Assembly (NCBI GenBank): GCA_002347265.1
Contig: DDYB01000032.1
Span: forward strand, 322,482 to 386,481
From: Desulfobacteraceae bacterium UBA2245
GTDB taxonomy: Bacteria > Desulfobacterota > Desulfobacteria > Desulfobacterales > UBA2245
Direction: 5' to 3'
DNA length: 64,000 nt
Position 1 is the stretch's first letter, and each line of letters starts with the position of its first letter. The notes beneath the pieces are model-generated. The model was not told the DNA's origin. It did not search any database and saw only the letters and a list, made by a program, of their open reading frames with translations. Shown one piece after another: positions 31,201 to 40,342 of this stretch. The position numbers were made by a program, and so were the translations under genes.

Positions 31201-31689
31201 CTATGCGCTGCAGCATTTTTTGAATTTTTTCCCGCTACCGCACGGGCACGGATCGTTGCGCCCGATTTTAGGAGTCGGGCGGACAAAGGGCGCGGCTGTC
31301 GGCGCACTTCCATCGAAAAAATACCATCTGTCGTCGGCTTTTTTGAATTGCGCACGCTCATGGTGTTCGGTTTCCTTGCCGTTTTCGATGTAGTGGGCAA
31401 TGAATTCCACTTTTCCATCCGAATCTTTTTCTCCGCCGGCTTCGGTGTCCAGAATTTCCAGGCGCAGCCATTGCGATTCTCCGGCCCACTTTTCGATGGA
31501 CTGGACATCAAAGCCTTTTCTTTTTTCCGGGTGAATGGTGTCGACAATATACTGAATCTGGTTTTTAACAAAGGCGCTGTAACGGGACCGCAGCAGGGCC
31601 TCGGCGGTACCGGCCGCCTGCCGGCCGCTGATCATCGGTTCGCAGCAGTTTTCATAGGGCTTTTCGGATCCGCACGGGCAGTATTCCAT
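31201..31689 (-). CDS. ychJ: YchJ-family protein (UPF0225) with two SEC-C motifs
   Basis: [13 protein letters not shown] at the N-terminus and [16 protein letters not shown] at the C-terminus. Confidence 0.85.
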   Translation of the reverse strand: MEYCPCGSEKPYENCCEPMISGRQAAGTAEALLRSRYSAFVKNQIQYIVDTIHPEKRKGFDVQSIEKWAGESQWLRLEILDTEAGGEKDSDGKVEFIAHYIENGKETEHHERAQFKKADDRWYFFDGSAPTAAPFVRPTPKIGRNDPCPCGSGKKFKKCCSA

Positions 31690-31741
31690 GACGCATCAAT
31701 TCCTTTCTATGAGCTATGATGATTCAATCGGGCGCCACCTT

Positions 31742-32620
31742 TTACATCCTCAGGAATTTTTTTTCAAGACGCTGATATTGCGATCGGCCGACGATTTCAA
31801 ACATGGTTTCAAAAGAAACCCTGTCTTCATGAAACGCCGCGGCGTCTCCGGTCTCCTTGAGACGGCCCAGAACCCGCTGCATGGCCTTGATGGCGGCCGT
31901 CCATGCCGTTGTGGGATAGATGGCGATTTTAAACCCCATGGCTTCAAGTTCCCGGGCCGGAAGCATCGGGGTCTTGCCGCCGTCCACCATATTCACCAGC
32001 AGGGGAACATCGGGCAAAAGTTCGACGATGCATTTCATTTCTTCGATGGTTTTCGGAGCCTCGACAAAAAGCACGTCGGCGCCGGCTTCTACGTATGCCC
32101 GCGCCCGTTCGAAGGCATTTTCAAATCCTTCTACGGCGATCGCATCGGTGCGCGCAATCAGAACGAGGTCCCTGGAACGTCTGGCTTCCTGGAACGCCCG
32201 GATTTTTTGAATCATTTCCGCTTTTTCGATCAGCTGTTTTCCTTCGGTATGACCGCAGCGCTTGGGAGTCACCTGATCCTCGATCTGAAGTGCGGCAGCG
32301 CCGGCGGCTTCGAATTCGCGTACGGCGCGCATCAGGTTCAGGGCATTGCCGTATCCGGTATCCATATCGCAGATCACCGGAATGCCGACGGCGTTTACAA
32401 TGTTTCTGGCTGCATCCAGCATTTCGGTCATCGTGGTCAGACCGATATCCGGAACCCCCAGTCGGCTCGAGGCCACCCCGGCGCCGGTGACATACAAAGC
32501 GGAAAATCCCGCCTGCTCGATGAGCCGGGCCGAGAGGGCGTCGAATGCGCCGGGAGCGACGATCATCCGCTTTTCGCCGATCATTTTGCGAAGCCTGGCT
32601 GGCTGCGTGGACATGGCCAT
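31742..32620 (-). CDS. Isocitrate lyase/PEP mutase family enzyme (methylisocitrate lyase / carboxyvinyl-carboxyphosphonate phosphorylmutase-like)
   Basis: PGAFDALSARL, CDMDTGYGN, LQIEDQVTPKRCGH motifs. Confidence 0.8.
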   Translation of the reverse strand: MAMSTQPARLRKMIGEKRMIVAPGAFDALSARLIEQAGFSALYVTGAGVASSRLGVPDIGLTTMTEMLDAARNIVNAVGIPVICDMDTGYGNALNLMRAVREFEAAGAAALQIEDQVTPKRCGHTEGKQLIEKAEMIQKIRAFQEARRSRDLVLIARTDAIAVEGFENAFERARAYVEAGADVLFVEAPKTIEEMKCIVELLPDVPLLVNMVDGGKTPMLPARELEAMGFKIAIYPTTAWTAAIKAMQRVLGRLKETGDAAAFHEDRVSFETMFEIVGRSQYQRLEKKFLRM

Positions 32621-32623
32621 CCT

Positions 32624-33106
32624 TTATCCCCTTAACCTTATGACCAGTTCGGCAACCCTTCTGCCAAGCTGACCGGCATTTTTAATGCTGCCCGCATCCG
32701 GCGCTCCCACGCAGGATGTGCCGTAGTGGCCGGTGGCGGAAAGGGGATCTCCGACAACCACCATGCCGTAGATCAAAAGCGCCTGAATGATGGACATCAT
32801 TGTGGTCTCCTTGCCGCCGGAAGGGTCCGCCGAGGTGGCAAAGGCCGCGCCGACCTTGCCTTCCATCTTGCTTCGAACACCTACGAACCGGTCAAACACG
32901 CTTTTGAGCTCCGCAGCCATCGAACCGAAATAGACCGGAGATCCGGCAATAATGCCCTGGGCTTCCAGAAAATCCTCCTTGCCGACTTCCCCGGAATTTC
33001 TGAGAACGGCTTCAACGCCTTCAACCGAATTAACGCCCTGAGCGATTGCTTCGGCCAGTTTTTTGGTATTTCCGCTTTTGGAACAGTACAGCACCAGAAT
33101 TTTCAT
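32624..33106 (-). CDS. Flavodoxin-like (WrbA/NAD(P)H:quinone oxidoreductase-type) protein
   Basis: MKILVLYCSKSGNTKKLAE FMN-binding N-terminus. The ORF is open to 33238, but the ATG at 33106 fits the family. Confidence 0.75.
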   Translation of the reverse strand: MKILVLYCSKSGNTKKLAEAIAQGVNSVEGVEAVLRNSGEVGKEDFLEAQGIIAGSPVYFGSMAAELKSVFDRFVGVRSKMEGKVGAAFATSADPSGGKETTMMSIIQALLIYGMVVVGDPLSATGHYGTSCVGAPDAGSIKNAGQLGRRVAELVIRLRG

Positions 33107-33430
33107 GTTACGCCTCCTGATGAAGGTTTCGAAATGATTGTACCCGGCTGAAATTATCAACAGAGCGGCCTGCTGACAACAGAAAAAGTTCTCTGAGCGC
33201 GGTTTTGTAAAAATCGCTGACGAAAACTCTCTCCGCAAACTGTGTCAGTCCCGGCGTTCCGCTTTCCCTTGACGACGCCGGAAGAATTGTAGAAAAGTAC
33301 AATCATTGTTCCAGAATCTGCAAAACCGGTTTCCCCTGCCCAGGGGCGTACGGCCTAGCTTGTCTTGTTGATGTTCCCGGAATAACGATGGGAACTGAAC
33401 GAAACAAATCACGGAAAGGAGTTGGTTCCC

Positions 33431-34414
33431 ATGAAATGCATCAGGTCGCCTCAAATTTTACGCGTTATCTGCATGCTTGTCAGCCTGTTGCTGCTGTCCG
33501 GCCCGCTGTCCATTATTTATGCCGAGGCTCCCATGGTCAAAACCCAGGCGCCGGGCTACTACCGCATGATGCTCGGTCAGTTCGAAATAACGGCGCTTGT
33601 GGACGGTTTTATCGATCTGGATACGCAACTGATGAACAATGTTTCCGAAACAAAAATCAAGAGCCTGCTGGACCTCAATTTTTCGAGCTCTCCCAAGATG
33701 AAGACAGCGGTGAACGTCTATCTGATCAACACAGGATCAAAGCTGGTGCTGGTGGATGCCGGCGGCGGTAAAGCGTTCGGCCCGACTCTCGGGGAGGTTG
33801 AAAGCAGCATGAAGGCGGCGGGTTATGATCCGGAACAGGTCGATGCTGTATTGATTACGCATATGCACGGGGATCATGTAGGCGGGTTGCTGGACGCGGA
33901 AAACAAGCCGGCTTTTTCAAAGGCATTCGTCCATGTTTCCAAAGCGGAGAGCGACTTCTGGTTGTCGGCAGCCGAAGCTTTAAAGGCGCCGGCTGAGATG
34001 AAGGCGCTGTTTAACATCGCTCACGATGCCGCCGATCCTTATGTCGCTTTGGGAAGATGGAAGACATTCGAAAACGGCGATCTGTCGCTTCCAGGCATCA
34101 AAGCGGTCCCCATTCCGGGACACACAGCCGGGCATTGTGCCTTTGAAGTTCGGTCCGGCAGTGATGCCTTTTTGATTATCGGCGACCTGGTACACAGCAT
34201 GGCGATCCAGTTCGCGCTTCCAGATGCGGCGATTTTGTTCGATCGGGATCAGAAACAGGCCATCTCCGTCAGGCAGGCCCTTTTCAGGCGTGCGGCCGAC
34301 AGCAGGATATTGATCGGCGGCATGCACATGCCTTTTCCAGGCATCGGCCACATCCGGTTTGCGGGCGAAAAGGGTTACGCCTGGGTGCCCATCGAATTTG
34401 CTCCGATCCCATAG
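33431..34414 (+). CDS. Secreted MBL-fold metallo-hydrolase
   Basis: Signal peptide, HMHGDHVGG (HxHxDH) and downstream His/Asp ligands. AAAGGAG RBS 10 nt upstream of the ATG at 33431. Confidence 0.8.
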   Translation: MKCIRSPQILRVICMLVSLLLLSGPLSIIYAEAPMVKTQAPGYYRMMLGQFEITALVDGFIDLDTQLMNNVSETKIKSLLDLNFSSSPKMKTAVNVYLINTGSKLVLVDAGGGKAFGPTLGEVESSMKAAGYDPEQVDAVLITHMHGDHVGGLLDAENKPAFSKAFVHVSKAESDFWLSAAEALKAPAEMKALFNIAHDAADPYVALGRWKTFENGDLSLPGIKAVPIPGHTAGHCAFEVRSGSDAFLIIGDLVHSMAIQFALPDAAILFDRDQKQAISVRQALFRRAADSRILIGGMHMPFPGIGHIRFAGEKGYAWVPIEFAPIP

Positions 34415-34517
34415 CTGTCATGTCGATAAAAAAATCCGGAAGTTCAATGCAATCGATGCACTCAATCCACCTTCGGGTCATCCTGTCCTGACGCCAAAAC
34501 AAAGGAGCGCGATTTGC

Positions 34518-34580
34518 ATGAAAGAAATGGATCACAATGCGGTTGTTGACCCTTGCTGCAATATTCGGCAGAATGATTGA
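34518..34580 (+). CDS. Candidate 20-aa peptide ORF (MKEMDHNAVVDPCCNIRQND)
   Basis: AAGGAG RBS 10 nt upstream of the ATG. It lies 95 nt upstream of a radical SAM gene. There is no other support, so this is speculative. Confidence 0.15.
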   Translation: MKEMDHNAVVDPCCNIRQND

Positions 34581-34674
34581 GAGCGGTGATGATATTTTCA
34601 CAGCTTGATTTCCGGCATGATCCGGGCTGGCAGAAGCGGAAACGCGCCGGTATCCGGATTGGAAAAGGATAGGC

Positions 34675-35838
34675 ATGATTCTGAAGAGTGAAACCAAGGC
34701 TTACCAGGGCTTTGAGCAGGGGCCGATCCGTCCCCCCAGCGAGGCCGACAGCCTGTTGATCCGCATTACCCGGAACTGTCCCTGGAACCGGTGCGCGTTT
34801 TGTCCGGTCTACAAGGGAACGCGGTTTTCCATCCGGCCAGTGGCCCACGTCCGGCAGGACATCGATGCGGTGGCCCGTCACGTGGACTCCCTCAGGAAGC
34901 TTTCCGAAGGCGCCGACCGGATCAGCAGGGCCGAGGTTCAAGCGTATGGGCAGAAGCTGCCCCCGGATGAGATCGACGCCTTTTACGCCGCATTCAACTG
35001 GTTTGTCGGGGGCATGAGATCCGTGTTTCTTCAGGATGCCAACAGTCTGATTATCAAACCGGCGGACCTGATTGAAATCCTCCGCTATCTGAAAGCACGG
35101 TTTCCATGGATTTCCCGCATCACCTCCTATGCCAGATCCCATACCATCGACCGGATTTCCGATTCCGACCTGAAGGCGATTCGAGATGCCGGCCTGAACC
35201 GGATACACATCGGCATGGAATCGGGTTCGAATGCCGTTTTAAAACTGGTTGAAAAGGGCGCCACGCAGGAAATTCACATTCGCGCCGGGCTGAAGGTCAA
35301 ACAGGCCCGAATGGAGCTTTCCGAATACGTGATGCCGGGCCTGGGCGGGAAAAGCCTGTCGGATGTCCATGCCCTTGAAACCGCTGATGCTCTGAACCGG
35401 ATCAACCCGGATTTCATACGCCTGCGGACCCTGGCGGTTCCGGACAGCGTGGGCCTTTCTGAATTGTGGAAAGAAGGCCGGTTTGAAAAGCTCACGGACA
35501 GGCAGACCGCAGAAGAAATCCTCAGGTTTATCGAAACTCTGGACGGCATCACCAGCTTTGTGCAGAGCGACCACATTCTGAATCTGCTTCAGGAGGTGGA
35601 AGGAAGGCTTCCCGAAGACCGGGAGAGGATGACAGCGCCGCTTCGCGCCTTTCTGGCAATGGATTCGGAAAATCAGTGTCTGTTTCAGGTGGGAAGAAGG
35701 CTGGGCATCTTTTCCAGCCTCCAGGACATGAGAGATGCGTTTCGCATGGAAAAGGCAAAGCAGGCAAGCCGTCAGCTCGGAATCACCCCTGAAAATGTCG
35801 ATGCGACAATCGACGTATTGATGAAGCGCTTTATCTGA
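34675..35838 (+). CDS. Radical SAM protein (function unknown, no SPASM-type extra Cys clusters)
   Basis: GPIRPPSEADSLLIRITRNCPWNRCAFCPVY contains the CxxxCxxC cluster. Confidence 0.8.
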   Translation: MILKSETKAYQGFEQGPIRPPSEADSLLIRITRNCPWNRCAFCPVYKGTRFSIRPVAHVRQDIDAVARHVDSLRKLSEGADRISRAEVQAYGQKLPPDEIDAFYAAFNWFVGGMRSVFLQDANSLIIKPADLIEILRYLKARFPWISRITSYARSHTIDRISDSDLKAIRDAGLNRIHIGMESGSNAVLKLVEKGATQEIHIRAGLKVKQARMELSEYVMPGLGGKSLSDVHALETADALNRINPDFIRLRTLAVPDSVGLSELWKEGRFEKLTDRQTAEEILRFIETLDGITSFVQSDHILNLLQEVEGRLPEDRERMTAPLRAFLAMDSENQCLFQVGRRLGIFSSLQDMRDAFRMEKAKQASRQLGITPENVDATIDVLMKRFI

Positions 35839-35950
35839 GGCGCGGTTTTCACGCCCTCCGCCGCGCCGATGGCCGGGCTGAAGCCCGCGAGAACGGCAGC
35901 TTGCCGATCCGCCTCAAAAGAGGTTTGAAGGAATCATCATATCGAGAAAA

Positions 35951-36352
35951 TCAGGGTATTGCAGATGCCGCCGCCGTGTGTTTTCTGTCCAGCTCTTTCC
36001 TTACAGCCTGTCCGATTTTTTCAATGACATAGGGTTTTCTCAAATAGGCGCCCGCGCCCAGAGCCTGGGCGGCATTCACGCGATGCGTTTCGGAAAAACC
36101 GCTTACGATAATCGCCCTCTGTTCCGGATGAATCTCCAGGATGCTCCGGTAGGTTTCCAGCCCGTCCATGCCGGGATCCATAATCATGTCCAGAACGACC
36201 AGGTCAGCCCGATGCTCCTTCAGGTACGCCACCGCTTCTTCACCGCTGGACGCGCAAGCCGCACTGTAATTCAGCTGCTGAAGCATTTCTGCCGCGAGTT
36301 CGCGCTGCTCCTTTATGTCATCCACAACGAGAATGGATTCGCCTTTTCCCAT
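35951..36352 (-). CDS. Single-domain response regulator (CheY-like receiver)
   Basis: ILVVDDIKEQRE...DLVVLDMIMDPGMDGLE...K receiver signature. Confidence 0.85.
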   Translation of the reverse strand: MGKGESILVVDDIKEQRELAAEMLQQLNYSAACASSGEEAVAYLKEHRADLVVLDMIMDPGMDGLETYRSILEIHPEQRAIIVSGFSETHRVNAAQALGAGAYLRKPYVIEKIGQAVRKELDRKHTAAASAIP

Positions 36353-36364
36353 GCATTCGGAAAT

Positions 36365-37561
36365 CTAGGGGGCGGCGGCTTCGGAGGAGATGCTTTCCCT
36401 GGTCACCGGAAAATAGAGGGTAAAGGCGCTTCCTTTGCCCCCCATGCTCTGAACGTTGATGTATCCGTTATGGTCCTTCACCGTACCCCAGACCACCGCC
36501 AGCCCCAGTCCCGTTCCGCTTCTCCCCATGACCTTCTTCGTATAAAACGGTTCGAAGATGTGTTTGAGATCAGCCGCGGATATGCCTTCGCCCGTATCGG
36601 AGACCGAAAGGACAACGTAATCTCCTTCCCTGACCTCGTCATACCCCTGAATCGGTTTGTCGAGATACTGATTGGCCGTTTTAATGGTTGCCGTGCCGCC
36701 AGTCGGCATGGCCTCAATGGCATTTAACACCAGATTGGATATTGTTTTGCCGAGATGCACGGAGGAACCGGAAATGTTCAACAGGTCGGCCTGAAGATCG
36801 GTCTTGATCTGCACGGAGGAATGATGGAGGGACGGATTCTGATACTCGGGCAGCTGCTGAACATCAGAGATGATTTGATTCAGATTGAGCACCTGTCTGC
36901 CGGAGACCCCTCTTCTGGCCAGGGTCAGCAGATCCTGAACAATCGCGGCAGCCCGTTCTCCTCCTTTCATAATATGCTTGAGACGGGGTCTGATCGGGCT
37001 TGACTTGTCCACGCTGGAAAGGAGCAATTCCGCATAGCCGACGACCACGCCAAGCACATTGTTGAGATCGTGGGCAACGCCTCCGGCCAGGATGCCCAGC
37101 GCCTCCATCTTCTCCGCCCGCTGCAGACGCGTCTCGCTCTTACGCAGCGCCTCCCTCACCTGCTTCTGATCCGTGATGTCCTCCGAGATTCCAAGCAGAA
37201 ACTCGGGTTCTCCGTTCACGCCCGGGATCGGAACCTTCCTGGTGTGCAGGATGCGTTCTCCCCTGTTGCGGGTCTGAATGGGTTCTTCCGGAATATCCAC
37301 AATCCTGCCCTCGTTCAGAACATTCCGGTCATTCTCCGTAAAGAAGTCCGCCTGCTCCGGTGTGAAGAAATCATAATCGTTCATCCCCAGCAGGTCATCC
37401 CGGGAATAACCCAGCAGTTCCTCTCCGGCCCGGTTGAAGCGGACGAACCGGAGATCCCCGGCATCCTTGACAAAGATCATGTCCGGAATATTCTCGACAA
37501 TCGAGTCCAGAAACGCGGTTACCCGGCGCAATTCCTCTTCCTGATGCCTGTTTTCCGTCAT
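36365..37561 (-). CDS. PAS-sensor histidine kinase (3' portion of a frameshift-split gene)
   Basis: PAS domain, H-box GVAHDLNNVL, HATPase N/G boxes. The same frame upstream of the ATG reads ISSAIRRDGKIAGIRGAVVD, which is the end of a PAS domain. Confidence 0.85.
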   Translation of the reverse strand: MTENRHQEEELRRVTAFLDSIVENIPDMIFVKDAGDLRFVRFNRAGEELLGYSRDDLLGMNDYDFFTPEQADFFTENDRNVLNEGRIVDIPEEPIQTRNRGERILHTRKVPIPGVNGEPEFLLGISEDITDQKQVREALRKSETRLQRAEKMEALGILAGGVAHDLNNVLGVVVGYAELLLSSVDKSSPIRPRLKHIMKGGERAAAIVQDLLTLARRGVSGRQVLNLNQIISDVQQLPEYQNPSLHHSSVQIKTDLQADLLNISGSSVHLGKTISNLVLNAIEAMPTGGTATIKTANQYLDKPIQGYDEVREGDYVVLSVSDTGEGISAADLKHIFEPFYTKKVMGRSGTGLGLAVVWGTVKDHNGYINVQSMGGKGSAFTLYFPVTRESISSEAAAP

Positions 37562-38400
37562 ATCAACGACAGCGCCCCTGATTCCCGCAATTTTACCGTC
37601 CCTGCGGATTGCGCTCGAAATATGATAATGGCGGGGAAAACAGATCCATCCAGCCGTTTTAAGGTATATTCGGTGCGCCTTCTTGGTCCTCCCTTTAAAA
37701 GCCTTTGTATGTTTTGAGCCGCTTTATCCATTTCTTCCGGCGAAAGTATCTGCCATGCCTTAAAACCCTTTTTTAAATCCGCCTCCGTGCCCCCGAAAGT
37801 TTCATAAACAGCCCGGTTGGCGGAAACAATATTGGCCTCCAGATCCATCTCATAGATCGGGATCGGCAGAAAATCATACAGTTCATGGTATTTCCTCTCG
37901 CTTTCCCTCAGTTTTTCCTCGGCCTGCATGCGGTCGGTGACGTCCAGAAGGGAAGCGACGCTTCTTTTGGAACCCGGAATGATATCGACGGTTAAGAGGA
38001 TGTTCTTCAGGCTGCCGTCTCGGTGCACAAGCCGGAACTCATAGCTTTTTGCCGCAAGACCCGGATCCGCCCTTCGCAGCTGATGCCGAATCACCATTTT
38101 TTCCAGGTCGTTTTTTTCAACAAATTCCGTCCACTTTTTCTTTCCTTCGACTTCCTCACGTTTGTAACCGGTCAGGCTTTCAAATCGGTCGTTAGCAAGG
38201 GAAATCGTCATGTCCTCCTCAACGATCAGCATCACGGTTTCAGTCGTTTCGAAAATGGCCTTATATCTGAGTTCGGAAGCCCGAAGTGCTTCCTCCCCCT
38301 GTTTGCGCACTGCTTCAGATTTTTCCAGTTCCTGAATTCTCTGCTTTAACAAGGCGTTTTCTCGAATGATTTCCTGATTTATTTTGAGCAGATCCTGCAT
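37558..38400 (-). CDS. Tandem PAS-domain protein (5' portion of the same kinase gene)
   Basis: Two PAS modules. The ORF ends out of frame inside a PAS domain, and its stop overlaps the kinase ATG (ATGA). Confidence 0.75.
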   Translation of the reverse strand: MQDLLKINQEIIRENALLKQRIQELEKSEAVRKQGEEALRASELRYKAIFETTETVMLIVEEDMTISLANDRFESLTGYKREEVEGKKKWTEFVEKNDLEKMVIRHQLRRADPGLAAKSYEFRLVHRDGSLKNILLTVDIIPGSKRSVASLLDVTDRMQAEEKLRESERKYHELYDFLPIPIYEMDLEANIVSANRAVYETFGGTEADLKKGFKAWQILSPEEMDKAAQNIQRLLKGGPRRRTEYTLKRLDGSVFPAIIIFRAQSAGTVKLRESGALSLI

Positions 38401-38478
38401 TTGATGCTCCTCTGTCGCGACGAACCGTGCAGACTTTAAAAAATGAACGACATTTTTTGATTGAATAAAAGCTTTTGA

Positions 38479-38508
38479 AATTTAGCGGATACTCCACTGG
38501 GTTGTCAA
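38479..38508 (-). promoter_or_regulatory. Candidate sigma-70 promoter for the PAS-kinase unit
   Basis: The minus strand reads TTGACA-18 nt-TAAATT, about 70 nt upstream of the ATG at 38400. Confidence 0.3.
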
Positions 38509-38599
38509 ATGGAAAGTTCGGCAGCACGCCATCGGATGCGGATTGAAACACAGGCCGGAGATACGGGAGGTCATAAATTTTGCCGCTGGCAAGAACTGT

Positions 38600-39064
38600 C
38601 TATCGCTGATTTTTCCGCAGCCATGGAGCGCGGGCGATCCGGCAGCCCAAGGCCAGCAGGAGGTAGCACACGGCCAGGCTCATGTGCAGAAAATTCATGG
38701 CGATCAGCAGGGGCAGGGGATAAACGACCCCGGACAGATTTTTTACGGCCATGGCCAGTCCGGTCAGCAGCGCCAGCCCCAGCACAATGGCTCGGATTCT
38801 GCCGGTTTGCGACAGGCGCAGGCCTTCTTTTCTCAAAAAAATCCAGGACACGATAAAATAAGCCGCCAGCGCCAGGAGAACGGCCCCGGCCATATAATGA
38901 ACCTCGACATTGATCATGAAATTCGCGGCCCAGCCGAATCCCGGCAGGTCGGTGACATAATAGCGCTGGTAGAGCGGCATGTTGCCGAAACCGGTAAAGA
39001 AGGCAACGGCCATGGCGGCCAGGTAGAGCCATTCGGACAACCGGTTGGCCTGATGCGGCTTCAT
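38600..39064 (-). CDS. Small integral membrane protein (4 predicted TM helices, conserved His), probable membrane partner of the FeS protein
   Basis: Hydrophobic profile. His in helices 2 and 4 (VEVHYMAG, NFLHMSLA). 4 bp overlap with the upstream FeS gene. Confidence 0.55.
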   Translation of the reverse strand: MKPHQANRLSEWLYLAAMAVAFFTGFGNMPLYQRYYVTDLPGFGWAANFMINVEVHYMAGAVLLALAAYFIVSWIFLRKEGLRLSQTGRIRAIVLGLALLTGLAMAVKNLSGVVYPLPLLIAMNFLHMSLAVCYLLLALGCRIARAPWLRKNQR

Positions 39065-40056
39065 GACGGTTTGTCCTCTTTTTTCTGGGTTTGTCCGGCC
39101 GTCTGTTTAAAGCGGGCCAAAGCGCCGATAACGCCGGCTGCCGGAGCGATGGCCAGCGCACCGATCCAGCGGTTGGCATCGGCCATGACATTCTCGACCG
39201 GTTGCAGCTGCGGCCGGCCCGGCCCCTTGCGAAGGGCCTGGTTGAGGACGTCAAACGGGACTGGCGAGACATAAATCGTATGGGTGCCGCCGTTTTCTTC
39301 CAGGCCGTAAATAAACCCACTGGTTTTTCCGGCCAGGTCGCGCGCTTTTTGAACGATTTCATTTCTCGGGCCGATTTCCTGAACGCTTTCCGGGCATACC
39401 TCGATGCAGGCCGGCAGCCTGCCCTCGGCCACCCGGTCATAACAGCGGTCGCACTTGTACATGACCCCGTTGCCGGCGTACTGGGGCAGCAGGTCTAGGT
39501 GCAGTCCCACGCCGGATTGCCGCTCGGGAATATTCCAGGGACAGATCGTTTTGCACTTGGCCCCGCCCATGCAGACATCCGGATGGATGCGGACGATGCC
39601 GTTGCGGAGCTGATAGGCCGCGCCAAAGGGACACAGCTTGGAGCAGGGGGCATTATGGCAGTGCATGCAGCGGCGGGGAATGTTTAATTCAAAGGATTGG
39701 CCCTGGTATTCGCCCCGAGCGCGCTGGATAAACAGCCAGTTGTAAGGCGTCAAACGGTCGGTAACGGTCCGTTTTTCCGGGGACGACCAGTCAGCGGTTT
39801 TGACCCGTTCGACCGGGCGCATGATCGGCGGCGGCCCCTCGGGTTCCGGAAATTTGTGGCCGTTGATCTCCCGGCAGGCGCGGACGCATTCTTCACAGCC
39901 GATGCATTTGTTCAGGTCCAGCAGGGTGCACAGTTCCGTTTTGGGTCCGTCAGCGGCGCGGATGGCTGATGCCAGGCCGGTTCCGGCGGCGGCCGCAGTT
40001 CCTGCGGTAATCAGGCCGGCCTTGAGAAAGGATCGTCTCGAAATTAATGACGACAT
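39061..40056 (-). CDS. Tat-exported 4x[4Fe-4S] ferredoxin-type subunit (DmsB/NrfC/HybA family)
   Basis: Twin-arginine signal SRRSFLKAGLITAGTAAAAG. Four Cys clusters: CIGCEECVRAC, CMHCHNAPCSKLCP, CMGGAKCKTICP, CDRCYDR...CIEVCP. Confidence 0.85.
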   Translation of the reverse strand: MSSLISRRSFLKAGLITAGTAAAAGTGLASAIRAADGPKTELCTLLDLNKCIGCEECVRACREINGHKFPEPEGPPPIMRPVERVKTADWSSPEKRTVTDRLTPYNWLFIQRARGEYQGQSFELNIPRRCMHCHNAPCSKLCPFGAAYQLRNGIVRIHPDVCMGGAKCKTICPWNIPERQSGVGLHLDLLPQYAGNGVMYKCDRCYDRVAEGRLPACIEVCPESVQEIGPRNEIVQKARDLAGKTSGFIYGLEENGGTHTIYVSPVPFDVLNQALRKGPGRPQLQPVENVMADANRWIGALAIAPAAGVIGALARFKQTAGQTQKKEDKPS

Positions 40057-40342
40057 GGATGCAATGCCTCCGATGTGTCTGTTCTCGATTGTCTCGGCAT
40101 GACTTTTTTATATCACATCTTAAAAAACATGGGAACGCGCAATTCCATGGGCGTCAATAACGCCTCAAAGCTATTACTGCAACTCATGGAAGCGCGGAAC
40201 GCTTGCAGACAGCTTTATTTAATGCCGCAAAAAGCTCAAAAAAGCACCTGCTGAATTATTCACGGACCCCGCGCGCTTCCGGTAAAAAAGGCTTGACGGC
40301 ATGCTGCAGGAGCGTAAAAATAGCGAAAATGAAAGGACGCCC

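Noticed and set aside
38543-39440. Long overlapping ORFs 38543..39274 (+) and 38571..39440 (-), 243 and 289 aa
   Set aside because: They lie over or antisense to the well-supported membrane-protein and FeS genes. They have Arg/Ala/Gly/Pro-rich low-complexity translations and no motifs. These are typical shadow ORFs of GC-rich coding sequence.
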